Shown: positions 1-7,309, numbered from the stretch's first letter. The stretch: DNA of 64,000 nucleotides from Akkermansia sp. (GCA_051884385.1 JBJEVN010000020.1:12710-76709), one strand, 5' to 3'. Program-made: numbers and translations. Notes: generated from the letters alone by a model not told the origin.

Positions 1-503
1 TGCCGAAACAGCAGCATGAAGAGCTGCCCGCAGAGCGGCACCAACGCCAGCAGAATCCACTTGGCATAGCGCGCGGGCAGTAGGCGCCGCCGCAGCTCGT
101 CGCGCATCAGGCGCAACTCGCGGCGCACAGCATAGCGCTGCAGCGAGGTGCCGCGGCAGTTCCGGCACTCGTGGGCATGGCGCACAAGATCGTCCAGCTC
201 CTCCTCCCAGCGATGCCCCTGTTCGGTACAGGCACGCGCCGTCAGCAGCAATTTCCACAGCGGCAGGCGCAGCAACTCGCGTCGGCGGCTGCGCAGGCGG
301 CGCTCCTCCGCCCGATAAAACGCGCAGGGCTCCCAGAGCTCGGAGCTGCGCTGCCACGCCACCATCCGGCGCCGGAAACGGCGCATGCGATCCGTCAGCG
401 TCTGGCGCACGTCGCGTCGGTCCTGCAGCGATACCAACCCACCCCCGAGAGCCTTTGCCTGCTCCCGCCATTGCACCAAGCGCTCTTGCCAAGACCCGGA
501 CAT
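1..503 (-). CDS. hypothetical protein, N-terminal part only (gene runs off the left edge); Arg-rich helical region, CxxC motif, hydrophobic segment
   Basis: Missing from the ORF track because it has no stop inside the window. The reverse-strand ATG at 503 (plus-strand cat 501-503) opens an uninterrupted frame to position 1: MSGSWQERLVQWREQAKALGGGLVSLQDRRDV...HECRNCRG...WILLALVPLCGQLFMLLF. Third codon positions are mostly G/C, as in the confident genes. The overlapping plus ORF 171-737 looks like low-complexity noise. Confidence 0.45.
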   Translation of the reverse strand, partial: MSGSWQERLVQWREQAKALGGGLVSLQDRRDVRQTLTDRMRRFRRRMVAWQRSSELWEPCAFYRAEERRLRSRRRELLRLPLWKLLLTARACTEQGHRWEEELDDLVRHAHECRNCRGTSLQRYAVRRELRLMRDELRRRLLPARYAKWILLALVPLCGQLFMLLFR

Positions 504-520
504 ACGCAGGCGAAGCTTTC

Positions 521-622
521 TCACACGACTCCGAAGCTCTTGTCCAAGCTGCGGATGGAGGTAGAGGAACGGGTGGGCGGGACAAACCCGAGGCAAAAAC
601 GTTTTTTTCCGGAAGCGCTCAC
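521..622 (-). pseudogene. in-frame internally deleted relic of a cytidylyltransferase paralog (33-codon mini-ORF)
   Basis: GTG at 622 to TGA at 523-521 encodes VSASGKKRFCLGFVPPTRSSTSIRSLDKSFGVV. The ends align with the N-terminus (VSTPPKKVFVSG) and C-terminus (LPTRSTTSIRSTLGK) of the intact gene at 2703-3143. The roughly 350 bp encoding the HxGH core is absent. Confidence 0.45.
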
Positions 623-628
623 GCGTGA

Positions 629-672
629 CATTGTAATGCCCCCGCCTGCCGCCGACAAGCTCATTCTGCCCG
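629..672. repeat. 44-bp dispersed repeat, copy A (promoter module)
   Basis: 43 of 44 positions match 3141-3184 (aligned by eye). A second block, 549-581, matches 2719-2751 at 31 of 33 positions. Confidence 0.85.
630..658 (-). promoter_or_regulatory. sigma70-like promoter of the relic: TTGTCG, 17 nt, TACAAT, then 7 nt to GTG at 622
   Basis: Minus-strand -35 at 658-653 and -10 at 635-630. Nearly identical to the promoter at 3142-3170. Confidence 0.45.
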
Positions 673-733
673 GCGCACCCAAAATTGCATGCCGCCGCAC
701 GCTCGCCGCTCAACGGAAATTCCTTGACATGCG

Positions 734-1570
734 ATGAGTGAGTTGGTAAGAAGAGCATTGAGAATAACCCCATCTATCGGAAGCATGGATCAGCTCCCCA
801 TTCAATTTTTCTACATCAACATGGATCACAACGGTGATCGTCGCAGGCGGATGGAGCAGCAAGCGGAGCAGTACGGTATAAAGCTGCATCGCATCGCCGG
901 CGTCAACGGCGCAGCACTGAGCGACGCCGAATTGACTGCCTATGACCGCCGCCGTCGGCAGAGCATGTATGCCGCCCCCATGAGCAAGGGTGAGCACGGC
1001 TGCATTCTCAGCCACCTGAAAGCCATGCAGGCTCTTTGGGATTCCGGGGCTGAGTACGGCGTCATTTTGGAGGACGATGCCGTTTGGGACGAACGGTTTT
1101 TACCGCGTCTCCGCTACCTGATTGAGCACACCGCAGGCTGGCAGTGCATCAAGCTCTACACCGAACCGTGTAAGCACTACCGGGTAACGAACAACCCGGC
1201 GGATGCTCCCGTGCAGCTCACCTTCCCCAAAAAGATGCCTTGGGGTGCCATCGGGTGGCTGTACCGCCGCAGTGCTCTCCCCGGCATTCAAGAGGGATTC
1301 AAGCGCTACTGGATGGGGTTTGATGTGCAGTTGGTGCATATTCTCTTCTCGCGCGGTATCACCGCCTGCGGGGTCACGCCCAATCTCGTTTCCACGAGCG
1401 ACCCCTGCAACGAAAACTCCAGCATCGACGCCGTTGAGAGCCGCACCATCTCCTATCAGACCCGACCAACTCGTCTGCAATACCTGCGCCGCCGATTCAG
1501 CGTGTGGGGGATGGCTTGCGGGAAGTTGATGATGCGTCGTCGTTTGAAGCAAGGTCTTTCTTTCCACTGA
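734..1570 (+). CDS. glycosyltransferase family 25 (LPS/LOS beta-1,4-galactosyltransferase-like)
   Basis: PIQFFYINMDHNGDRRRRMEQQAEQYGIKLHRIAGVNG and GEHGCILSH...VILEDD are typical GT25 N-terminal motifs. The true start may be the ATG at 785 (MDQLPIQFFYINMD). Confidence 0.75.
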   Translation: MSELVRRALRITPSIGSMDQLPIQFFYINMDHNGDRRRRMEQQAEQYGIKLHRIAGVNGAALSDAELTAYDRRRRQSMYAAPMSKGEHGCILSHLKAMQALWDSGAEYGVILEDDAVWDERFLPRLRYLIEHTAGWQCIKLYTEPCKHYRVTNNPADAPVQLTFPKKMPWGAIGWLYRRSALPGIQEGFKRYWMGFDVQLVHILFSRGITACGVTPNLVSTSDPCNENSSIDAVESRTISYQTRPTRLQYLRRRFSVWGMACGKLMMRRRLKQGLSFH

Positions 1571-1571
1571 T

Positions 1572-2582
1572 ATGCCGCGCATTGTCAAAATCCACTCCTG
1601 TTGGTATTCCGAGCGGGAAGGAAGGTTTCTGCCCGATTGTCTCGATTATCAGGGCTGCCGATTTATCACCGACCCGGAGCTGCGCGAATATGATTGGCTG
1701 GTGGTCTATGATGAAATGCACCGCAAATACCCCACGGAGCAGCTTGCCTGCGCGCCTTCTCATACCATTTTAGTCACACAGGAACCTCAGAGCATCAAAA
1801 TCTACAATCCGACCTATACGACGCAATTTGAGTATGTGCTCACCACATGCGACCCTTTCCATTGCCCCCATCGCAACCATCGTTATGGGCGCGGATGCTA
1901 TGTGTGGTTCAACGGGCATCGCATCAGCGAGCATCTCAAGGAGCCGGAATACCCCAAGACCAAGCTGATTTCCACGATTTGCTCCACCAAGCGCATGGGG
2001 CATACCGCACATGCCAAGCGGTATGAGCTGGTCGATTACCTCAGCACCCATATTCCCGATTTCGATTGGTTCGGGCTCGGCAGGAAGGAGATTGAACACA
2101 AATACGAAGCTTTGGACGCCTACCGCTATTCGGTCGCCATGGAGAACCACATCCAGCCGCACCACATGAGCGAAAAGTTGCCCGATTGTTGGCTGAGCCT
2201 CTGCCTGCCGTTCTACGCAGGAGATCCCACCGTGACCGAGGTATTCCCGGAGGGAAGCGTCATTCCCATTCCTCTCGACAACCCGCCCGAGGCGGCGGCC
2301 ATCATCCGAAAGGCCATTGCAGACAACGAATACGAAAAGCGCCTGCCCGCCATCCGCGAGGCTCGGCGGCTCATCTTGCAGAAGTACAACCTCATGGCGC
2401 AGGTCGCCGAGCTCATCCGCGAGCACGAAACCCGCTACCGCTCCTGCCCCGAGCCCGACAGCGGCGTGCGCTGCATTGTCAACCGCAAGGTGCTGCGCCG
2501 CCGCCCGCTCAACGCTCTGCGCTGCCTGTACTACTGGGCACGGCAATATCTCTACGACCACTTTGTGGCCTCACAACCCTGA
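1572..2582 (+). CDS. glycosyltransferase, GT10 (alpha-1,3-fucosyltransferase)-like
   Basis: YRYSVAMENHIQPHHMSEKLPDCW resembles the GT10 motif Y-x-F-x-L-A-F-E-N-x(n)-Y-x-T-E-K. Starts 1 nt after the GT25 stop. Confidence 0.55.
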   Translation: MPRIVKIHSCWYSEREGRFLPDCLDYQGCRFITDPELREYDWLVVYDEMHRKYPTEQLACAPSHTILVTQEPQSIKIYNPTYTTQFEYVLTTCDPFHCPHRNHRYGRGCYVWFNGHRISEHLKEPEYPKTKLISTICSTKRMGHTAHAKRYELVDYLSTHIPDFDWFGLGRKEIEHKYEALDAYRYSVAMENHIQPHHMSEKLPDCWLSLCLPFYAGDPTVTEVFPEGSVIPIPLDNPPEAAAIIRKAIADNEYEKRLPAIREARRLILQKYNLMAQVAELIREHETRYRSCPEPDSGVRCIVNRKVLRRRPLNALRCLYYWARQYLYDHFVASQP

Positions 2583-2607
2583 TGTACCTCCGCACCTGTG
2601 CAAAGCA

Positions 2608-2645
2608 AGGACGCTTCCTTCATGCCACGGAAGCGTCCTTTTTCC
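2608..2645 (+). terminator. rho-independent terminator (possibly bidirectional)
   Basis: Perfect 10-bp stem GGACGCTTCC (2610-2619) with GGAAGCGTCC (2630-2639), 10-nt loop, then TTTTT at 2640-2644. Lies between convergent genes. Confidence 0.7.
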
Positions 2646-2702
2646 TTAGAGAATAGGCACAGCGAGCGGCACAAAGACCTCTCGCCCCCCGGTGAGGGTG
2701 CA

Positions 2703-3143
2703 TCACTTCCCCAAGGTACTGCGGATGGAGGTAGTGGAACGGGTGGGCAGGTTCGCGTGGGGGATGCGCTTGCTGATGACGTAGGCGATGCCCTTGGATT
2801 CGACAAAGGCGCGCTTGGAGTCCCCCGTGCCGTCCTCGTTCACGAAGAAAATATCGGGCTTCACCTCGTCCAGCAGCGGGGCAAAGTCGAGAATCTTGCC
2901 GGTGTCGGGGCCGATGTACACTTTCTTCACATAGCGGATGGCCTCCAGCATGTATTTGCGCTCCTGCTCGGTGTACATGGTCTTGCGATTCTTGAGGATC
3001 TGCACGGTGGCATCGGAACCGATGGAGACGTAGACATCGCCGTAGCTCGCCGCCTCTTCCAAAAAGGCGATATGACCGCTGTGCAGGACATCAAAACATC
3101 CCGAGACAAAGACTTTTTTAGGGGGAGTACTCACGCCTGCCAT
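2703..3143 (-). CDS. cytidylyl/adenylyltransferase family protein (HxGH nucleotidyltransferase, TagD / RfaE domain II-like)
   Basis: KKVFVSGCFDVLHSGHIAFLEEAASYGDVYVSIGSD carries the HxGH motif. The ATG at 3143 overlaps the predicted -10 hexamer, so the leaderless GTG at 3134 (VSTPPKK) may be the real start. Confidence 0.8.
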   Translation of the reverse strand: MAGVSTPPKKVFVSGCFDVLHSGHIAFLEEAASYGDVYVSIGSDATVQILKNRKTMYTEQERKYMLEAIRYVKKVYIGPDTGKILDFAPLLDEVKPDIFFVNEDGTGDSKRAFVESKGIAYVISKRIPHANLPTRSTTSIRSTLGK

Positions 3144-3184
3144 TGTAATGCTCCCGCCTGCCGCCGACAAGCTCATTCTGCCCG
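3141..3184. repeat. 44-bp dispersed repeat, copy B
   Basis: See 629-672. Confidence 0.85.
3142..3170 (-). promoter_or_regulatory. sigma70-like promoter: TTGTCG, 17 nt, TACAAT, then 7 nt to GTG at 3134
   Basis: Minus-strand -35 at 3170-3165 and -10 at 3147-3142. Confidence 0.5.
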
Positions 3185-3192
3185 CCGGCGGC

Positions 3193-3234
3193 AAAAAAAC
3201 GCATTCCCACCCGCGCCGGGGCGGGTGGGAATGC
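3193..3234 (-). terminator. rho-independent terminator downstream of the sugar kinase gene
   Basis: 14-bp stem GCATTCCCACCCGC (3201-3214) with GCGGGTGGGAATGC (3221-3234), 6-nt loop, followed on the minus strand by T7 (plus-strand A7 at 3193-3199). Confidence 0.75.
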
Positions 3235-3259
3235 GGCAAAGAAGGCATCCTCCGAGGTC

Positions 3260-4654
3260 TCAGCCCAGCTTGGGCAGCGAGGCGGCAGCGACGGCCTGCC
3301 CGTGGCGCTTGGTCTTTTCGTCCGGCACGCAGAGCTTGATGGAGAGCTGCGGGAACTCGCCGGCAAGCACCTCGTTGGCCTTGTCGATGATGAGCTGCCC
3401 GCCGTCTCCCGTGGCCACACGACCGAGGAAGAGCAGGTTGCGCACGTTGTAGAACTCGGCGAAGTAGGCGATGCTGTAGCCGAACTCCACGCCGATGGTC
3501 TCGTAGATCTTGCGAGCGCGCTCATCACCCTCGGCCATGGCGGCCTGCACCTTCTTGAGCTGCTCGGGGAAGGGCATGGTGCCGAAGTCGAAGCCGGCGC
3601 GGGGCGCCAGGCGGGCAACGGCCTGCTGCGAGAAGTAAAGAGCGCCCACGCCCTTGTCCAGCGACCATTCGTCCACGCCGCCGTCCTCCTGGTAGTCCAC
3701 GGGGACAAAGGCGAGCTCGTTGAGCCAGGGCATGATGTGCCCCTCGGGGTCGACATAGCCGGCCGCCAGCGAGGTACCCATGGCAATACCGAGCACGGCA
3801 TCATCGTTCATGCCCATGGCACCGGCGAGGGCGGTCACCTCGCCGTCGTTGACCACCTCGAAGGGGACGTTCTTACCCTGGCGCTCGCTCCAGCGCGCTT
3901 GCAGGGTCTTGAACATGGGGCGGATGACGTTGACGAAGTCATCGGGCGCAATGCCGCGGAAGAGGGAGCCGACGCGGGGCTCGCTGTTGACATACACGCC
4001 GGCGGCGGAACCGCCGATGGCGTCCACCTGAGGCAGGTGCTTGGCGGCGCGCAGCAGCGAGTCGTCCACACCCTCCAACTGGTAGTTGGGATCTTTCTGG
4101 TGGTAGGGATCCCACACCACTTCTTCGGAGTACACCACCTCGCCGTTGACGACGGCGGCGCACTTGCGGTCGGAGCCGCCGAGGTCGAAGCCGATGCGGT
4201 AGCCGTCCAGATTGCGCCCGAGCGACACGGAGGTGCTGTTCTCGGCGGGCAGGTCGGCCAAAGCCACTTTCTTCACCTCGATGGGGCAGTCGTAAATCTT
4301 CTTGCCGATGAAGTCCCAGTCGAACTCGCGGGCACCGCCCTTGCAGTAGGTGGCGGCCAGCATGTCCGCGATGGCGTCATCGCCCGCGACCAGAAGGGTG
4401 CAGCCACCCTTCATCCAGAGCAGGAACTTGACGATGCGCTCGACATACAGGTTATTGAGCGCCACATTCTCCCCCTCATGGGGCAGCACCTTGCCGCTCC
4501 AGCGGAACACGGTTCCGTCCAGACGGGTCAGCGCGATATCGAGGCTGTGGGAGCCGGGGGTCGCCGCCACCTTCTCCGCATAAGCCTTGTTCCAAAGCAC
4601 CGGGGCGATGAAGCCCGGGTCGAGCACAGGGGTGAATTTCGGGGTGATCTTCAT
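3260..4654 (-). CDS. ASKHA-superfamily sugar kinase, ROK-like, with a roughly 150-aa N-terminal extension
   Basis: RIGFDLGGSDRKCAAVVNGEVV (phosphate-1 motif), VVNDGEVTALAGA and GIAMGTSLAAGYV follow the ROK/glucokinase pattern. The ROK CxCGxxGC zinc motif is not seen. Start taken at MKITPKF (4654); the ATG at 4669 is also possible. Confidence 0.7.
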   Translation of the reverse strand: MKITPKFTPVLDPGFIAPVLWNKAYAEKVAATPGSHSLDIALTRLDGTVFRWSGKVLPHEGENVALNNLYVERIVKFLLWMKGGCTLLVAGDDAIADMLAATYCKGGAREFDWDFIGKKIYDCPIEVKKVALADLPAENSTSVSLGRNLDGYRIGFDLGGSDRKCAAVVNGEVVYSEEVVWDPYHQKDPNYQLEGVDDSLLRAAKHLPQVDAIGGSAAGVYVNSEPRVGSLFRGIAPDDFVNVIRPMFKTLQARWSERQGKNVPFEVVNDGEVTALAGAMGMNDDAVLGIAMGTSLAAGYVDPEGHIMPWLNELAFVPVDYQEDGGVDEWSLDKGVGALYFSQQAVARLAPRAGFDFGTMPFPEQLKKVQAAMAEGDERARKIYETIGVEFGYSIAYFAEFYNVRNLLFLGRVATGDGGQLIIDKANEVLAGEFPQLSIKLCVPDEKTKRHGQAVAAASLPKLG

Positions 4655-4764
4655 GGTTGTACACCCCATCTATACCACAGGCTCGGGCGCCAAGGCAAGT
4701 GAAAAGCCCCCTCGCAGGGAGAGAAAAAGACGGAACAGGCAAAAAAGCACCCCGAACAACGGCC

Positions 4765-6126
4765 TTACTCGGCAGCCCCCTCGGCAAAAAGCTCGTAGGC
4801 AATGGCATCGGCAATCGTGACCTCGGCAAACTGCCCGACGGGCAGCGCGGGGTCGACGTGGATACAGGCATCGACATCGGGCGCATCCCAGGCGCTGCGT
4901 GCCAACCCGGGGGCATCTACCAACACGCGCAGGCGCTTCCCGATGAAGCGCTGCCCCTGCTCATCGGCCAGCCCGGCGAGAATCATGGAGAGCTCGTTGG
5001 CGCGGCGCTTCTTCGTAGCGTGGTGTACCTGGCCGGGCATCTTGGCGGCGAGGGTACCCTCCTCCTTGGAGTAGGGGAACACGCCCGCCCGCTCGAAGCG
5101 GAACGCGCGGATGAAGTCGCGCAGTTCGGCGTGATCCTCCTCGGTTTCGCCGGGCAGCCCGCTGATGAAGGTGGTGCGAATGCCGATGCCGGGCACGGCC
5201 GCACGCAGGTCGCGGATGAGGCGGCGGATGGTGTCGCCGTCGGTCATGCGGCGCTGCTCGGCCAGGATGTGGTCGGCGATGTGTTGCAGGGGGATGTCGA
5301 CATACTTGACGACCTTGTCGCAGGCGGCGAAGGTGTCGATGAGCTCGCGGCTCCAGTGCGCGGGGTGGGTGTAGAGGACGCGAATCCAAAAATCGCCGGG
5401 TATGGCGTTGAGCTCGCGCAGCAGCCCGGCGAGGGATTCGCCCTTGGCGGAGTCCACGCCGCTGGTCTTGCCGGCGCGCTCGGTCCACTTGTCCATGCCG
5501 AAGTAGGTGGTGTCCTGCGCGATGAGGTTGAGCTCGCGCACGCCCTGCTCCACCCAGGCGCGCGCCTCGCGCACGACATTGGCCAGCGGACGGCTGCGGT
5601 GGCGACCGCGGATGCGGGGGATGGCGCAGTAGGCGCAGGCGTGGTTGCAGCCCTCGGCAATTTTGATGTAGGCGTAGTGCGGGGCGTTGAGGCGGTAGCG
5701 GGCTTCGCCGTAGTCCGCGAGGTAGGTGGAGACTTTGTTGCGGCAGATGCGCGGGGCGCTGCCGCTCAGGCAGGCGCGCGCCAGCTCGTCCACGCGGGCA
5801 ACCTGATCCACGCCCATGAAGCAGTCGACCTCGGGCAGGCTGGCGGCCAGCTCGGCGGCGTAGCGCTGCGAGAGGCAGCCGGCGACGATGATTTTCTGCC
5901 CGGCGGGGGCGCCGCCCTCCTTGCGGGCGCGCGCGGCTTCCAGAATGGTGTCGATGGCCTCCTGCTTGGCTGGGTCGATGAAGGCGCAGGTGTTGATGAT
6001 GAGCAGGTCGGCCTGCGCGGGCTCGGTGCGGGCAAAGTCGGCGGCGAGCAGCCGACCGACCATCAGTTCGGAGTCGACTTGGTTCTTGGCGCAGCCGAGG
6101 GAGATGAGGGCAAAGGAGGCGGGCAT
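4765..6126 (-). CDS. rimO: ribosomal protein S12 methylthiotransferase RimO
   Basis: FALISLGCAKNQVDSE N-terminus, radical-SAM CNHACAYC motif, and a C-terminal TRAM-like region. Confidence 0.9.
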   Translation of the reverse strand: MPASFALISLGCAKNQVDSELMVGRLLAADFARTEPAQADLLIINTCAFIDPAKQEAIDTILEAARARKEGGAPAGQKIIVAGCLSQRYAAELAASLPEVDCFMGVDQVARVDELARACLSGSAPRICRNKVSTYLADYGEARYRLNAPHYAYIKIAEGCNHACAYCAIPRIRGRHRSRPLANVVREARAWVEQGVRELNLIAQDTTYFGMDKWTERAGKTSGVDSAKGESLAGLLRELNAIPGDFWIRVLYTHPAHWSRELIDTFAACDKVVKYVDIPLQHIADHILAEQRRMTDGDTIRRLIRDLRAAVPGIGIRTTFISGLPGETEEDHAELRDFIRAFRFERAGVFPYSKEEGTLAAKMPGQVHHATKKRRANELSMILAGLADEQGQRFIGKRLRVLVDAPGLARSAWDAPDVDACIHVDPALPVGQFAEVTIADAIAYELFAEGAAE

Positions 6127-6132
6127 GTGCGC

Positions 6133-6161
6133 AGTCTAGCACAGGAGGGCGCGATTGGCAA
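6133..6161 (-). promoter_or_regulatory. promoter: TTGCCA, 17 nt, TAGACT, then 6 nt to the rimO ATG
   Basis: Minus-strand -35 at 6161-6156 and -10 at 6138-6133. Start codon at 6126. Confidence 0.5.
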
Positions 6162-6183
6162 TGCTTTATGACCCGCTGCGAGC

Positions 6184-6213
6184 TTGCGTTGCGCTCCCGC
6201 GCGGGTGTATGAT
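6184..6213 (+). promoter_or_regulatory. promoter: TTGCGT, 18 nt, TATGAT, then 6 nt to ATG at 6220
   Basis: -35 at 6184-6189 and -10 at 6208-6213. The spacer contains the palindrome CCCGCGCGGG (6196-6205). Confidence 0.5.
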
Positions 6214-6219
6214 GCCCGC

Positions 6220-6855
6220 ATGTCCGACCTGAATGAAAGCAAGAAGGTGATGTCCTACCTGATTGGGCAGAATCTCAGCCGTGTGTTGCCCCAAATGCTG
6301 CCGGGGCTGACGGCGGATGATGTGGTGGCCGAGATGCTCGGTCGCGGTCTGGTGGATGCCCTGCAGCAGCATGTGGATGAAAGCATTGTCAATGACAAAG
6401 CGGAAGAGCACCAACGCGCCTTTATGGCGATGCTGCAGGAGCGCGAGACGCAGCGCGGGCAGAAGAATCTGGAGCTCGGCCGCCTGTACATGGCTGAGAA
6501 TGCCAAGCGTCCGGGGGTGACGACCACGGCCTCGGGGCTGCAATACGAGGTATTGGAGCCGGGCACGGGCGCGGCCTACGACCCGTCGGTGCATGGCGAG
6601 GCGCCCACGGCTGAGGTGATGTATCGCGGCACGCTGGTGGACGGCACGGTGTTCGACCAGAGCCGCCAGCCGGTCAAGTTCAACATTCGGCAGGTGATTC
6701 CGGGCTTTACGGAGGCGCTCAAGCTGATGCCCGTCGGCGCCAAATGGCGCGTGACGATTCCGGCGAATCTGGCCTACGGGGCGCACGGTCCCGGCAGCAT
6801 CGGGCCGAACTCGACGCTGATTTTTGAGATGGAGTTGCTGGGACTCACGCGCTGA
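6220..6855 (+). CDS. FKBP-type peptidyl-prolyl cis-trans isomerase (FkpA/Mip-like, N-terminal helical domain)
   Basis: SGLQYEVLEPGTG...YRGTLVDGTVFDQS...VIPGFTEALKLMPVGAKWRVTIPANLAYG...LIFEMELL is a canonical FKBP domain. The track ORF starts at TTG 6184, which is the -35 hexamer, so the start is set at MSDLNESKK. Confidence 0.85.
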   Translation: MSDLNESKKVMSYLIGQNLSRVLPQMLPGLTADDVVAEMLGRGLVDALQQHVDESIVNDKAEEHQRAFMAMLQERETQRGQKNLELGRLYMAENAKRPGVTTTASGLQYEVLEPGTGAAYDPSVHGEAPTAEVMYRGTLVDGTVFDQSRQPVKFNIRQVIPGFTEALKLMPVGAKWRVTIPANLAYGAHGPGSIGPNSTLIFEMELLGLTR

Positions 6856-6877
6856 GCCCCCCTCCCCCGCTGCCGCC

Positions 6878-7060
6878 ATGAAAAAGAAGGCTTGGCTCCT
6901 GCTGCGCTGTGCCGCGCTGCTGCTCTTGGGCTGCTACCTAATCATGCTGAGCATGCAGGCGCTTATTGCGCCGTTGCAAGCGCTACTGCTACTCTTCGGT
7001 CTGGGTGATGTGGCGTGGGCGCTGCTGCTGGCTCGCCCGCTGCTTCGCGGGGAACGATAA
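6878..7060 (+). CDS. small hydrophobic protein (60 aa, two predicted TM helices)
   Basis: MKKKAWLLLRCAALLLLGCYLIMLSMQALIAPLQALLLLFGLGDVAWALLLARPLLRGER. Codon third positions are G/C-rich. No homology recognised. Confidence 0.3.
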   Translation: MKKKAWLLLRCAALLLLGCYLIMLSMQALIAPLQALLLLFGLGDVAWALLLARPLLRGER

Positions 7061-7087
7061 GCGGATGCCCCGCCGCCTGTGCGGGCT

Positions 7088-7309
7088 TCAGTTGCGCACG
7101 CCGCAGTGCGGGCAGCGGCACTCGGGGTCGTCCTCGCGTCGCAAGAAGCGGTAGCCGCAGATGCGGCAGGTGAGGTGTTCGCGCGCAAAGCGGCGACGGC
7201 GCAGTTTGGCGCTCAGCTGCACGGGGAAGATGATGCACAGCAGCATGAAGAGCCCGCAGTGCAGCAGCCCGAGCACAAATTCTCCGGGGGTAAAGGCGGG
7301 TAGGTTCAC
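7088..7309 (-). CDS. membrane-anchored zinc-ribbon protein (73 aa)
   Basis: An N-terminal TM segment (FVLGLLHCGLFMLLCIIF) followed by CRICGYRF...CPHCG (CxxC-x(n)-CxxC). The GTG start overlaps the upstream stop (GTGA at 7306-7309). Confidence 0.5.
   Translation of the reverse strand: MNLPAFTPGEFVLGLLHCGLFMLLCIIFPVQLSAKLRRRRFAREHLTCRICGYRFLRREDDPECRCPHCGVRN

Noticed and set aside
171-737. A plus-strand 188-aa ORF at the left end.
   Set aside because: The translation is low-complexity (Q/A/P/L/R-rich). It overlaps a better minus-strand frame (1-503) and the cytidylyltransferase relic and promoter, and its 3' end runs into the GT25 start region.
3141-3143. ATG start codons that overlap predicted -10 hexamers: 3143 for the cytidylyltransferase, 61128 for the STAS gene, 4669 for the kinase. 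Also track starts that are really -35 boxes: TTG at 6184 and TTG at 61212.
   Set aside because: If the promoters are real, these codons lie upstream of the transcription start. The next in-frame start, 5-14 nt downstream of the -10, is preferred. This remains unverified without start-site data.
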